A stretch of 64,000 nucleotides of DNA, from positions 121,396,001 through 121,460,000 of the forward strand of contig OZ024743.1 in assembly GCA_964016885.1 (NCBI GenBank), read 5' to 3'. The notes beneath the pieces are model-generated. The model saw nothing but the letters and a program-made list of their open reading frames with translations, did not search any database and was not told where the DNA came from. The stretch comes from Eledone cirrhosa. Taxonomy: Eukaryota. Shown here one piece after another: positions 29,578 through 43,590 of this stretch. The number at the start of each line of letters is the position of its first letter. The first letter of the stretch is position 1. Made by a program: the position numbers and the translations under genes.

Positions 29578-29948
29578 GGATTGGCATTATCGGTAGAGTG
29601 TCAGACAACATACTTCGTAGCATAGAGTTACAGCCCTTTATGTACTGTGTTCAAATCCCGCCGAGGTTACCTTTGCCTTTCATCCTTACGGGATTGATAA
29701 AATTAAGCAACAGTAATGCACTAGGGTCGATTTAATATTATTATTACTGATTATGTAGGGCGGTGAATTGGCAGTATCGGTAGAGGGTCGGACATGCTTA
29801 CCAGCATAGTTACGTCCCTTTACGATCTGAGTTCAAATCCCGCCGAGGTTAACTTTGCCTTTCATCCTCACCGGGTCGATAAAATAAAGTACCAGTAATG
29901 AACAGGGTGGTTGCTGGCCTTGTGCTAAAAGTAGAAACAATTATTATT
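29578..29948 (+). mobile_element. Two tandem SINEs (family A)
   Basis: Head, core and tail motifs. Confidence 0.85.
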
Positions 29949-30111
29949 ACTGATTTTATTTCTTATAGTTGCATTTCTATGCTTTCGGGTAGTGACTGTA
30001 AAGTTTGGACTTTCGGAAAAGAAGAAAGATTACTTGCGGGAACTCTGTAAATTCAATCCATAAACGCGATAGAAAAATATATGTAAGTTTAGCATGTACT
30101 TACACACAGTT

Positions 30112-30348
30112 ATTATTGTCTACATACCCCGTAAGGATGAAAGGCCGAGATTAACTTTGCCTTTCATCCTTACGAGGCCAGCAAATACCCAGTGATTTAC
30201 TGGTACTTTATTTTATCGACCCCGTAAGGATGAAAGGCAAAGTTAATCTCGGCCTTTCATCCTTACGGGGTCGATAAAATAAAGTACCAGTAATTCACTG
30301 GGTAATTGCTGGCCTTGTGCCAAAAGTAGAAACAATTATTGTCTACAT
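30112..30348 (+). mobile_element. Rearranged fold-back SINE A insertion with 14-bp TSD
   Basis: attattgtctacat at 30112-30125 and 30335-30348; internal inverted copies of the core. Confidence 0.85.
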
Positions 30349-31458
30349 TTTGTTGTTCTGTATCTGAGAATTTAAAACAGTAAAATCATCTAACAGTTAT
30401 TTTTGACAAGTTAATATTTCCACTAAACAAAAGAAAAAAAATAATTTTACATTTCAACACTACTCCCCCAAGGAGGATACTTCGAATTTTTAGGTGTGTG
30501 TGTGAGGGGAGGTGTATATTTGCAAAACTTTTATGAAAGCTACCAATCGCTTCTCTTTTATTTATTCTATTGTAAATAATATCGAATCTCTATGACTATA
30601 TCTGTGTTAATAGATAAGTGATTTTAATTTGTTCAGTTAACATAAGTAGGTGTATTTTCTTTATGACAAAACTCTTGATCTTTTAATGTTCCAGTTAGTT
30701 GAGGTTTTATTCAAAATCTGTTCGGTAGGTAGTTATAAATAGATTGTCACTTATTCAGATATTACCTTAGTTGCTAACTAGTAACAAAATGTTTGTCTGC
30801 TGTGATGTTCAGCATGGCAATTGAAACGATTGTTACTGATAGATTGGAGTATTTTTGTTAGAGTGATTCCTGATAAAAGTAGGTATTTATATGGAACAAA
30901 GCCAATAGAAATTTTAAAGATTAACGATAGTAGACGCTTTTTAAACGTTTTCCATAATTAAAAGGAAAACTACAGAATATCGGAGTCTTTTGTTCAACTG
31001 TAAATAAAGGAACTTTATCTTCAAATATTCCACGGAAAATAGTATTTAAAATAGAAAAGATGTACATACTATTCAAAATTTCTCAATCAATAACAGCGTT
31101 ATCAAACATCTAACTTTGTGTTTCGTTTCAATCTTACCTTATATTTGAGAACGTCCTTTTTTTCTCATTATCTTACTGCTGTATTACAGTCGTCAAGCAT
31201 ACTTTAAAAAGCATGTTATATTTACTGCCTTGGATTTTCCTGCGATCTATTACTTTTGAAGAACTGCACAAAAAAAGAATGTCTTGAATTTTATTCATTT
31301 TCTTCTTACATTTATCTATATTTTCTGTATGCTTAAACTATCTTTAGTAAATGTTATATCATTATTTTAAATTAACTAAATCATTCCATTGTTTTTATAC
31401 TGCCACAACCAAAGATCAAACTCGCCGCTCCTTTCGTATCACTGTTTTATTTTTGTTT

Positions 31459-31717
<259 letters not shown>

Positions 31718-32184
31718 TGAAAAAAAAAAATATATATATATATAAAGACATACATATACATATATACATATCTACACACAACTATTGCATAACCGTTGAC
31801 TCAACTGATAGGTTTTGTTTTTCATCTCGTAGAGCAGGCATGCCAAACTGAGGGTGCCCCGAGAGACACATGGGTCACATATGTGTTGTCTGAGGGCTAC
31901 ACACGATAACTGATTGTGCACATTACAACTATTATTTTAATTTTATATTACGAAGATAAAACTTGCTTGCGCAGTAAAAATCTTTGTGTGGGTGACAGAT
32001 GTGCTTGTAAAGGGCCGCATGTTTGACATGCCTGTCGTAGAGTGTCCAAAATTCACCATCCCCACTAAGCAAGTATGGTGGGGTTGCTATCACCGACAAC
32101 CCCATAGGTTGTACGGGGCTGCATGTTGCGATACATACATATATTCATACATACATATATACATGCATACATATATACATACAT

Positions 32185-32670
32185 ACATGGTGGCTGCCAA
32201 CTCGTTTTCGAGTACGGCCACTACTTTATATCCATGTAGGAGAACCCCTACCGATGCGCTGAACGAGCGTGACTTTTTAGTCCAGCCAGCGACTTGAAAA
32301 CTCTGGTACAAACAGTACACTTGTGACAATTATTGACATATAGTGCTGGGCCCATGGTACCATGTGACGACAAGTGCAGAGAGATCTCCAGATATAAAGC
32401 AATGCCTGTGCCGTGAAGCTTTTATAGTGAGCAAAGGCACTGCACAAAGCCAGTCCCACTCTCTTAACCAAGATGATATTTACCAAAAAGAAGAACAAAT
32501 CAACATCATTGGATACCATCAGGGTTGCAGGTGTTATATCAGAGTTTTCCTTCTCCTAGAATTCTGCCTTGACAAAGGCTAAGGGGTCATCTCTCCCGGT
32601 GATTTTGGATGGCCATTGACTCTTAAGAGCTCCTTTGCCCTTTGACAGGTTTTGTTTTTAGTCCTGCAGG
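32185..32670 (-). mobile_element. Probable non-autonomous RTE-related retroelement between (CATA)n tracts; related piece at 36040-36315
   Basis: Shared tggctgcc...tcgagta and ttctcctagaa motifs; family assignment is inference. Confidence 0.4.
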
Positions 32671-32776
32671 ATGTCCAAATACATACATACATACATACAT
32701 ACATACATACATACATACATACATACATACACACATACATACACACACACATACATACAGACATTCATACATACAT

Positions 32777-35700
32777 TAACCTTCGACGTGAGCAGTCGCA
32801 CATATGGCGTGGAAGGCTATTCATTACATTAAGTAATGCCACAACTACTAGCCGATTTGAATAACTGGATAGTCTTCTAATTATACACATTGAAGACAAC
32901 TTTTATTCGAATTCGTAGTCCTCCGTCTAATTCCTAAATTCATTTTACAAGTATTTGGTACAAGCAGCATGGCTGAACACATCAACATTGGTGGAGAATC
33001 GAAAAACAACAAGAAGATAGGTTAACAGACTTTTTTTTAGTTGTAGCAACAGAAGGAAACGAAATTGTCAATAACATTTTTCTTGAAGTTACGAACTTAA
33101 TAAGGATTTATTTAATTGTTATAAAATGGCATAAAAAAGAATGAAGCTAAACTGGATCGAAATAATCCAGAACTAAATCACTTCACAGCCAAACAATTAC
33201 GCCAACAAGCAACGTTCACCGTACGTAAAAATAACATAAAAATTATTCAAAGCAAATCTCAGAGATCAAACATGCAATCAACACGTGCTATCGGCTGCCA
33301 TGTTACTAGGCTTTCTAGTAGCCAGGCCGATCATCAACAAACAACAGCAATACCCAAACAGTCCTTTGAAACAGCCATGTTTATTAATTGATTTGCCCTT
33401 GACTGCTTTGGTATTTTGCAGTCACGTTGATCACTAACATCAAAACACTGTCAATACATCTGCCATTAACTGGGAAAGTCAAGAGTATAAACAGTCAAAA
33501 TACACCCCCAGCGAAACTTTCCAGAGAGAAATTAATTCATGTATAAATATTTCTCTCGCAGAACAACATAAAACAAAAAACCAAATAATGAAATTCTACA
33601 TGCTATTGACGAAATTAGAGGTAAATATTTACGAAAAGTTGAAGTCCCTACATTTTGGCAAATCAACGTTTGCCTATATGCCCTGACAACGACGGTGAAT
33701 CATTATCTTGGTGATAACATAGATGTTTACAGAAACGAAACACCGCAAAAAAATGTCATTAGATATTAAAAAGTATGACCTATGGAAATCTATAAGATTT
33801 GACAATGCTCTTCACATGCAAACAAAAGCAAAACCTTACACTCCTCACCAACAAAGAGTAAAACATAGAATAGACGCGATGTTTGGAGACAGTATAAACA
33901 GAACTCTTCAATACTGGTTGATCATCCTCAATCAAAAAATGAGAACTGTCAGTGAGAAACTTTGGTACCAGGAGATGGTCGCTGAAAGAAGAAGAATTAA
34001 TAAAAGATTCAGCCGAAACCAAACATCAGTCTATAGAGAGTTAAGAGTGAATCAATAAATATCACTGAGACTCTTTCCCAGAAAGACATAAATTCCTTCT
34101 GGAGAAAATATAGGCTGAAAAGAAATCCAGTCAAGATGCAGTGTGTGTGAAAGAGATCGAAACGAACAACTGCCCCTGCACTACAATAAAAAATATATAG
34201 CATCAATGATGATACTCTTGAGACTGTGACAGGAAAACTTCAAGATAAGAAAACACCAGGAAGAGACTTGATTGTCGGCTATTGGTAGAAAAACCTGACT
34301 TTCTATCGGATTTATCTTATCAATCTCTACCAGCAAACTTTCAAGGGAGATTGATATTAGCATAACACAATATTGGTCCCCAAGAACAATGACACCCACT
34401 TGACAAATAACTACCTAATGTATAAAATGTATACAACCTGCCTGAACTTATTTCTCAAGATCACTCTGACAATAATAATATCATTTACAGATGAAAAAGC
34501 AGCTAGGGAGAAAGGAGTTAGGTGGGGTGCTGAACAACTCCTAATTAACAAAAGCGTTCCACATTCTTGTGTGATAGAGGCTCTCCGACTTGTTAAAGTC
34601 CCAGACACCATTATCAGAGCCATTGAAAACCTATCTTCTTCCTGGGTTACTATCCTAAAGTTAAAAACAGGAAAAGAAGGCGTCTATTTTCACTGATAAA
34701 ATAGAATATTGCCGAGATATATTTCAAGGAGACGGTCTCTCTGTGTTACCCTGTCATTAAACACCTAGTCTTTTCTGCTCAAGAAATATGAAGAAATACA
34801 AATCTATCCCACAACTTCTTTGTGGATGATATCGAATTCTATGCCAAGAATATAAATGGGATGAAGGAATACCTTGACCTGGTTACGACGTTCTTGAAAG
34901 CTCTAAGAATGGATTTTGGCCAGAATAAATGTTTATATATGATTGTAAAGCTGGGAAAAACTACAAGCCAGTCTAGGAACATTGCTTGCTATGACCTATC
35001 TGTTTCACCGTTATCTGACGAAGACTGCAACATATATGTAGGGATTTTGTAACAAGGAATGTGTAACCAGGGAATATAATACTCGAATAAGAAGCATGGC
35101 TTTCTGAACTCTCTGTGTACAATTAGTGAGTGGCCCACAACGTGTTTTCTGTGCGTGTCCAAACACCAACATTTGATATATTTGATTGAACAATAGATGA
35201 AATCCAAGCCATCGATGTTAAAACTCAAAACATGCTAACTAACACCAGAAATGTCCACATCAACAATGACATTTATCGTCTCTATCTAAAACGTAAACAG
35301 GGTGGCAGCGGCCAAAACACTATACAATGCAATCCGTAGAAAAGATAGCCCTGACAATAAACATATTAAAAGTTACAGCACTCTGGAGGATATGTATATA
35401 TACATACAATGAAAGAGTACTAGTGGACTATTCCTGTCAAAACCCCAATAAAATGTAGACATAACAGACCAGATATAATGATATGGGACAGAGGAAAGAA
35501 GGCAAACAGGATAGTGGAAGTAAACTGCCCAGCAGATGCCAATATAATATCAAAGATTAGTGAAAAGAAGAATATCTAAGCAGAACTAATGAGAAATCTG
35601 CTGATACTGCACCCTGACCATATCTTCAGATTTATATCTGTGATTATTGGAGCACTGGGATATGTTAGTAACTGCCTCAATACAAATCCTGAGAAGCTGA

Positions 35701-35871
35701 ACTTCGTAGAACAAGAAAGAATTACAAGGATGTAAAAATTATGTAAAACATTTCAGAAGTTTTGCAGGTAATAACTGCATATACCCACGTATAGATAGAA
35801 ACATATGCACCTGTACACATTTAACTCAAAACATGCAGATCCACACATAAAATAACATCTATACATACACA

Positions 35872-35902
<31 letters not shown>

Positions 35903-36030
35903 GCGCGCGCACACATGTATTTACCTAGTTGAAGATGTCTATATTCCAATGAAAATGTCTTGTGTCTACGTTAGAAATCGGCTCTTTTACTATTGGTGAA
36001 AATTTATAAAATAATAAAACCAGAAACACA
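32777..36030 (+). mobile_element. Degraded R4/Dong-clade non-LTR retrotransposon (RT + C-terminal restriction-like endonuclease)
   Basis: RINKRFSRNQTSVYREL, GAEQLLINK, SVPHS, IFQGD, SHNFFVDDIEFYAKN, GG.G, IVEVNCPADANI..K..EKK..., VIIGALG. Confidence 0.78.
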
Positions 36031-36561
36031 AACGTACATACGTGATGGCTGCCCCCTCATTATCGAGTATGACCATTGCACGATATAACATTATTAATAA
36101 TTATTAATTAATGCGATCGTGCAATGCCTGTGCGTGAAGATTATTTTTGAAGTGAGGCAAGACTGTGTACTGAGCCAATCCCACTCTCTGAACGACAGTA
36201 GCTATAACCCGAAAAGAAGAAAATATCAACATCATCGGTAACTAGTGAGCCGCAGGTTTTATGTAGAAGTTATCCCCCAAGTTCTTGAGTTGCCTTCTCC
36301 TAGAAGAATGCCCTGACATACATATATATATATATACGATTATTCAGTTATTCGATCACTAAAACACTTGCTCGCTGAAGAAATTTTAAGTGGGTGTGTA
36401 TTTTACAGACAGAGTGAAACATGTGATAAAGTTATACATTAAAGATCCATCGAATAAGCATCCGCCCTAATTTCGTCAACCCATTTCTACTTAAACTGCG
36501 TGGGTCGACCCATGTGTATGGTAAACGATTTTTACCCAAGATATTGAACCACTGTAGTATA

Positions 36562-36748
36562 TAATTGTTTCTACTTTTGGCACAAGGTCAGCAATTATCC
36601 CAGTGTATTACTGGTACTTTATTTTATCCTTCTCCGTAAGGATGAAAAGCAAAGTTAACCACGGCGGGATTTGAACTCAGACCATAATGGGCCGTAACTC
36701 TTTGCTGCAAAGCATGGCGTCCGATTTTCTACCGATACTACCAATCCA
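36562..36748 (-). mobile_element. SINE family A
   Basis: Reverse-complement core and tail. Confidence 0.85.
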
Positions 36749-37479
36749 AGTAGTTACATGAGTGAGACGAAATAATGCACCAGAAATTAAACAAATTCAA
36801 TTGTACAAGAAACCGAAGAGTTTGGAAAGCCGACTGACGAAGATAATTGAAGTAAAGTACTATATATATATATGAATGTATGTTTATGTGCCCACTGAGT
36901 CTAATTTAGAAACTAGCTATTTTGACTAGCTTCCCCAAATTCATCTCTGGGGTGTTTTATGATTTCTCGTTTATCCCTTAACACCGGGCAATTTACCGCA
37001 ATTCCGTCTATATCTATATTATAACTATATCTGTGTATCTTTGAGAGTACTGTACATATTACTTAAGTTAAGGAAATGTGAACAGACACATACACACAAC
37101 CACATATATATATATACACGCATGCACACCTATCTCATTATTCCGGAACATAAACAAAATAAATCTTATCTCATGATTTCCAGTATATTTTAACACTGAA
37201 GGAAACCTGATACGATAATATTCGATGTGCTAGCACGCAACTGGAACTTAGGCAGATAACGAGACGAGCCACACAAGTTTAGATCGTTGAAAAACATTTC
37301 TTTAATTAACAACTGCAAAGAATCCCAAATCTATCAGTAATTGGTTGCAGATAAAAATACCTATTTCTACAAGTATTTTTCTCCATACCACCAAATAACT
37401 ACAGAAGCTAAGAAGAATATATCATCTTATAAATAAAAACCGAAACAAACTATTTCGAGCATGGATGTGTATAATATAA

Positions 37480-37640
37480 CTATTTCTACATTTGGCACAA
37501 GGCCAGCAATTATCCCAGTGTATTACTGGTACTTTATTTTATCGACCCCGTAAGGATGAGAGTCAAAGTCAACCTCGGCGGGATTTGAACTCAGATCATA
37601 AAGAGCCGTAACTCTATGCTGCAAAGCATGGCGTCCGACG
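37480..37640 (-). mobile_element. SINE family A
   Basis: Reverse-complement core and tail. Confidence 0.85.
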
Positions 37641-37852
37641 TGCTTGTATGAACGTCTATTTGTGCGTGTGTTTGTGTGTATCTGTGTGTGTGAATATATA
37701 TATATATATTAGTATTGGTGCTCTGAAATAGTGATGTATAGATGAATGTATGCATAATATATTTGGCAATATACTGTATGTTTAATTAAAAACATATTGA
37801 TATATATATATATGTGTGTGTGTTGGTGTGTGTGTGTGTGTGTGAATCTGTG

Positions 37853-37883
<31 letters not shown>

Positions 37884-37892
37884 GCATATATG

Positions 37893-37959
<67 letters not shown>

Positions 37960-38309
37960 TGTTGCCAGCGAGGCACGCGTGTATGAGTACATGTTTAGTA
38001 AATATCATTACAAAGAAAAAGAAAATCTATTAAAACACAGGGTAGTGATAGTGCGGGACAATGATATTTATACAGGCTTCAAAACAACAATTGGAATAAT
38101 CACAATGGATCGAGTAAACAGGTAACGACTTGTTACAGATAACAACAACATGCATTCAATAAAAATGCACGGAAATGTTTGATTATAAATTGCAGTCTTA
38201 TATAGGTGTGGGTCAAAAATATGATTGTATCTGTATTATCACAATTAATAATGCTACTGTATGGATAGATAGTGACGTATTACGGGTACATGCATGTATA
38301 TTTTGTCGA

Positions 38310-38520
38310 TCGACTTTCGTCAAATCGGACGGAGGAAACAATGTTTCCGTTGGTCTTTCCAATTGCTAATACTATCTATCGGTCGCAACTCCAGGTAGAA
38401 GGAGCAACGTCAAATAAAGTGTCTTGCTCAAGGACATAACGCATCGGCCGGTGCAGGAATCGAACCGACGACCTCACGATTGCGAATCCAGTTCTCTAAC
38501 CACGTAGCCACACGCCATCA
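38310..38520 (-). mobile_element. tRNA-derived SINE (same family as 24878-25138)
   Basis: Shared gaggaaacaatgtttcc...ggtcgcaactccagg; B-box ggttcgattcc on minus strand. Confidence 0.8.
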
Positions 38521-38848
38521 TTTGTGAATGCATGTATGTGGTTCGTATTTATCTGAGAAATAACAAGTTTTATATACCGAGGTCTAGCCAACATCTAGCG
38601 GGCACAGATAGGTTTTTTTTTAAGCTTTATCTGGCACGTTAATTTAGAAAGCATTTGGGAGACGAGCAAAGTTGGCTGCTGAAGAGACAAACAAATTGAT
38701 GGAAAAAAATCACACTATCCTTTTCTTGGTTGATGGCTGATTTCGACAGCCATTAGAACAAATGATTGATGTATTTATGATGAGGTCAATAAATGGAGTT
38801 TTTTTTATTGATTTACTAATAAAACTTTTATATTCTATATTAGAAAAT

Positions 38849-38982
<134 letters not shown>

Positions 38983-39014
38983 TGTGTGTGTGTGTGTTGT
39001 ATTATATATATATG

Positions 39015-39094
<80 letters not shown>

Positions 39095-39399
39095 ATGTAT
39101 GTATATATGTGTGTGTATTGTATTATATATATATATATACCAACCATAATAATGTCATATCTGTTTGAATATGTATATACGTATATCTATGCGTGTGTAT
39201 ATGTGTGTAACTTGAAACTTTACATACAGAAAGAAACATACACACGATGCACTTCCTAACACATTTCTGTTGTTACAAGAAGGGGTTCGCTTTCTAGTCC
39301 CATGTAAATAGTTATTTCTCCAATGTTTCTCCTACATTTAATTTCGTACGTCATTTATGTAATTATATCCTAGGAATAAATCACTATTGCATCGTTTTG

Positions 39400-40180
39400 G
39401 TTGGAGTTTGAGATTGCAGCAAACCTGGTAGTAATTTGTGTCAGTCAGAGTCAGCACTCTGAAAGGGCGGAATCAGGAGTACGTTTCTCGGATGATTGAG
39501 TCGTGTGAGGATCAGATCTAGCTGATGCCAGTGCCCTGAGTGAGGATGACGCCAGGAAAATTTGAGCTGAGCTTTGGCCTGGAAGTAGGTATTGGTGACA
39601 CATATTCCATGGAGCTTAGGCAACACAGACAGTCGTTGCTTATTGTCATTCATGTTGCCACCACTACACCAACCTCGACACACTGCCCAGGAGTCGTGAT
39701 CGGCTCCCACTCGGGCGTTGAAATCACCAAGTAGCACCAATTGATCGTAAAATCTATCCTTGTCGTCTTATGTGGACTAGAGATTTGGGGCATAAGCACT
39801 GAAGTGAGCACTCGCAGTGATAGTACCCGCTCCGAACAATCGCTACCGATTACCACCATCTTTATTAGTGAGTACCTCACGGCAAAGCTGACACCGTGCT
39901 TTCTGGTTTCATCTATGCATTTCCCCCACCAGACAAAAAGTATATTCTCTCTCGGGAAGGGTTCTCGAATCTGGGAGCCGAGTTTCCTGGAGCACTGCAA
40001 TGTCCACACGAAGTGGGAGCAGTTTGTTGTTGATCACTGCTGTTTGAGGGTCTCGCTGATCTTTTGAAGATCATCTATCAAACCAGTAGTCATTATCCAT
40101 ATGTTCCAACATCCAAGTCTGAATGTCAGTTTCTTACATTGTTTGTTTGTTTAGTGTTTTTCTTGATGCAGTGTTTACAG
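39400..40180 (-). pseudogene. RTE (BovB-like) LINE apurinic endonuclease fragment
   Basis: VLLGDFNARVG.D..SW, ICVTNTYFQ, SWRHPHSGHWHQLDLILTR, SADSD. Confidence 0.85.
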
Positions 40181-40233
40181 TCCATGATTCATAAAAGATA
40201 AATTTCAAAAAGCCAGTACAATGCGGCAGAAAT

Positions 40234-41412
40234 ATATAAAGGGCAAAGGTTGACAAATAAAACAAAACAAAGTAATATTCTTACCCAGTATATTTCAACA
40301 AAATATTTCAGGACTATTGCCTTCTTTTCAAATCTAAATACGAAAACGGTTCAAATCAAAACTAATGATCAATGCTTTCTTCCCTAACTGGTCTAAGTGT
40401 CTAAAATACACATTCGTGAAGTACTTGTAGTAGGCACTCTACTCCGTGAATTTCTAATCTATTATATATTTGTGACTTTTTAGTGTTGATGATAATAACC
40501 TCTTTGATTCTTAAATTTCCCACATTCCTATGTATCGCCTCTTTGGTGACTTCAATATCTCGACTGCAGCATCTGTTAAAGTATTTTTGACAGAAGAGGC
40601 TTTTGTGAGCTTCTTGACCCATATGCTCAACTATATTGTTTAAATGTGATCTTGTAAACCACATACGCTCTCATGCACACTTATATGTTGTTGATGGGAC
40701 AATTATGAAGTGTGAATATATTATTGTATGCGGGTTGGTGTCTGTAGAGTAGTCTCCTCAATGAAAGTCACGAGTGTGCTAGCTGTATATTCAGGCCCTC
40801 CCTACGGATGCCTTTTCCGATGCAGCAGTCGTCTTTTTACGTGGCAACCTTCTTGTGGAATTTGCTGTAGCCCACCTCTGTGACTTGTGTTGTAAAGTTG
40901 AGTAAAGAGAGGGGTCTAGTGGTGTCTGGTTGCTCAACCTCAAAGATTACGTCTACGTCTACGTTTTCGAAGACGTAAAATTTGATGGCTTCTTCACAGG
41001 ATAAAACGAGCATCGGGATATCATCCGCGTACCGGAAGAACAGGAGCAAGAGCAACAAGAGCAACAAGAGCAACAAGAGCAGCAAGTGGTTAGTGCTGTA
41101 CGCTCCAACAACTCTATGTACATGATGGCAAGCAGGCTTGAGAGACTTAACCCCATCAGAAGTTCCAAAATTTGTTTCTAGACGATCCTTTAAACTGGAA
41201 AAAGGTGTTTCACATGCTCGTGAATGTCAGTAGTAGTAAGGGCGAAGCAATTGAGGCCGTAAGAGGTGAAGTACACATCAATGATTCGTTTAGTTTTGGA
41301 CCGTTTATGTTTCTACATTTGAAAATCGGGTGTTAGCCCTGAAATATTATGTTGAAATATACTGAGTAAAAACATTATGTTTTGTTTTATTTATCATCCT
41401 TTGCCCTTTATA
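40234..41412 (-). mobile_element. Degraded PLE remnant with inverted terminal segment
   Basis: MG..LSSLLAIMYIELLE and RYADD RT motifs, FI.ET...TRI GIY-YIG remnant; 40234-40316 inverted vs 41335-41412. Confidence 0.65.
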
Positions 41413-41419
41413 TGAGACG

Positions 41420-41580
41420 GTAATTGGCAGAATCATTAGAACGTCGGATAGGATGATTTGCAGTATCCGTTTCGGTTCTCAGCTCTCTGAGTTCAAATCC
41501 CACCGAGGTCAACTTTGCCTTTCATCCATCCGAGGTCCATAAAAATATACCAGTTTAGTACTGAGGTCGTCGTTCTTCCC
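41420..41580 (+). mobile_element. SINE family A variant
   Basis: gagttcaaatcccaccgaggtcaactttgcctttcatcc. Confidence 0.8.
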
Positions 41581-41813
41581 CTATAACTCTTTCCCGCTTC
41601 CATTCTCTTACTCTTTACTCTAGTTTAGAACAAATCTGCTGTATTCAGACATGTAGAGGAGATGTCACCGCTAGGTTTTAAATTGCCCTAGAAACGCCGT
41701 ATATCAATACGACGTTTCTGCGACTCCTTCAAGAGTTACGGGACCATGCATGCATGTCCTCTATATTTCGACTCCATTGTACCGTCTTTCTGGAACTAGT
41801 CAGTCATTTACCG

Positions 41814-41844
<31 letters not shown>

Positions 41845-41896
41845 GTATATGAATGCATAGACATATATATATATATATATGTGTGTGTGTATGTGC

Positions 41897-41931
<35 letters not shown>

Positions 41932-41961
41932 CATATATATATATATGTATATGAATGCATA

Positions 41962-42080
<119 letters not shown>

Positions 42081-42095
42081 GTGCATATATATATA

Positions 42096-42245
42096 TGAGC
42101 TCCGGCCGTTTCGTTCGGATCTAGCTATCGAAACGGCCGGAGCTCAACCGTCTGGGTCCTCACTCTTTTCCTATTACCCACTCTACTACCCTAAGTATTG
42201 AGTACTCTGATGCGTTATGGTCGACCCGGTATCTTACCACACCCT
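42096..42245 (+). mobile_element. Hairpin-headed repeat (same family as 15586-15745)
   Basis: tgagctccggccgtttcg / cgaaacggccggagctca hairpin followed by the shared tail. Confidence 0.7.
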
Positions 42246-43243
42246 ATTTGTTTTATATATAAATATATAAATATATATGTATATATATATATATATATGG
42301 GGGGGGGGGTAACAAGTTATCGTTATAGGTAATATCCAGTTAGAGGTTGTGAGTACTCTGCGTCGTGGATAGTGTTAACGTACGGCTTTGTTTGACTTAA
42401 CTAGGTGTGTCCATAGTTATGCAGCGAGTTCGCGGTAATTCCTATGTAGGTTATACTTGGAGTAATAATAGTGAAAGAATGAAGAGTAACATGGTCGGCT
42501 GTACAATAAGAGGCTTTATTACAAGTACTGACAATTGTTTCATTGGTCAGGTGATTCTAGAGGTCGCTAATCGCTTGAAGTTGCGTCACTCGATCTCCAA
42601 TACTTTATTTATCTATCTCTGATCAACACATCAGAGTACGTAGCTGTCAAACGGTCAACTGTGTCACTGGATCATAAATCTCTGAACATCTCTTTCATCC
42701 TCTTTCCCTGAAACAGCATCTACCCCATTAAGATAGGACAATCAGCAAAACAGTTACCACACACGTTTGTCAAACCTCCCTTCACAATCCACCCCTAGCC
42801 CTTAAATCTCATATTTGTATCCCCCAATTAATCTCTAATTTATTGCTTTTTCTTTTTTCTTTTATTTATCACTACATCACACTCTCTACACGTATCTATG
42901 TATGTTTCGAATATGACTTTACATGTTAGCACTAAACCCACCAAAGAATCCTTATAAGAACACTTACTCACCACCACCACAAGCATACTCTTTACTTACA
43001 TGCACTCACTTATCCTTATTTATTTCTTTATATTTTCCATTTTCTTATTTTCTTACTCTTTTAATGTACCCTATCTTATCTTTTACTTTTTACTTTTTAC
43101 ATCTGTAACTTCTCTACCTATTTATCATATATATTTTATTATTGATGATATTGTTTTGATTATACGCTATTCTTCTATATATATCTTGCCTCGAGTGAAT
43201 TATTTTTATATCTACGTATTCTGATGTGTTGATCAGAGGTAAT

Positions 43244-43275
<32 letters not shown>

Positions 43276-43276
43276 A

Positions 43277-43312
<36 letters not shown>

Positions 43313-43530
43313 TGCGTATATATATATATGGCAAAGCCGGCCATTAATCGCTCGTATACAGGAAACTGACTAGCCAGTCTGCTGGTATGCAAATCTGGTT
43401 GATCGGTGGATCTGCTAATATGCAGATCTGACTGATCAGCCAATCTGCTAGTATGCAAATCTGGCCAGTCAGTCACTGTATATTTTAGAAAATATCATAT
43501 ATTTTCACTAACTCTGACAATTGGCAGGTT

Positions 43531-43590
43531 AACAGTGAACTGTACTGATGAAGCGTAATACCCAGAAACATTAGTGCCTACAGTTCTGTT
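43531..43590 (+). ncRNA. Degenerate type I hammerhead ribozyme
   Basis: GAACTGTA CTGATGA agcgtaataccca GAAAC ATTAGT GCC TACAGTTC; 8-bp stem I; stem II and cleavage triplet mutated. Confidence 0.55.

Noticed and set aside
36377-36430. CTGAAGA...GAAACATGT hammerhead-like spacing
   Set aside because: Stems I and II do not pair; likely chance or too decayed to call.
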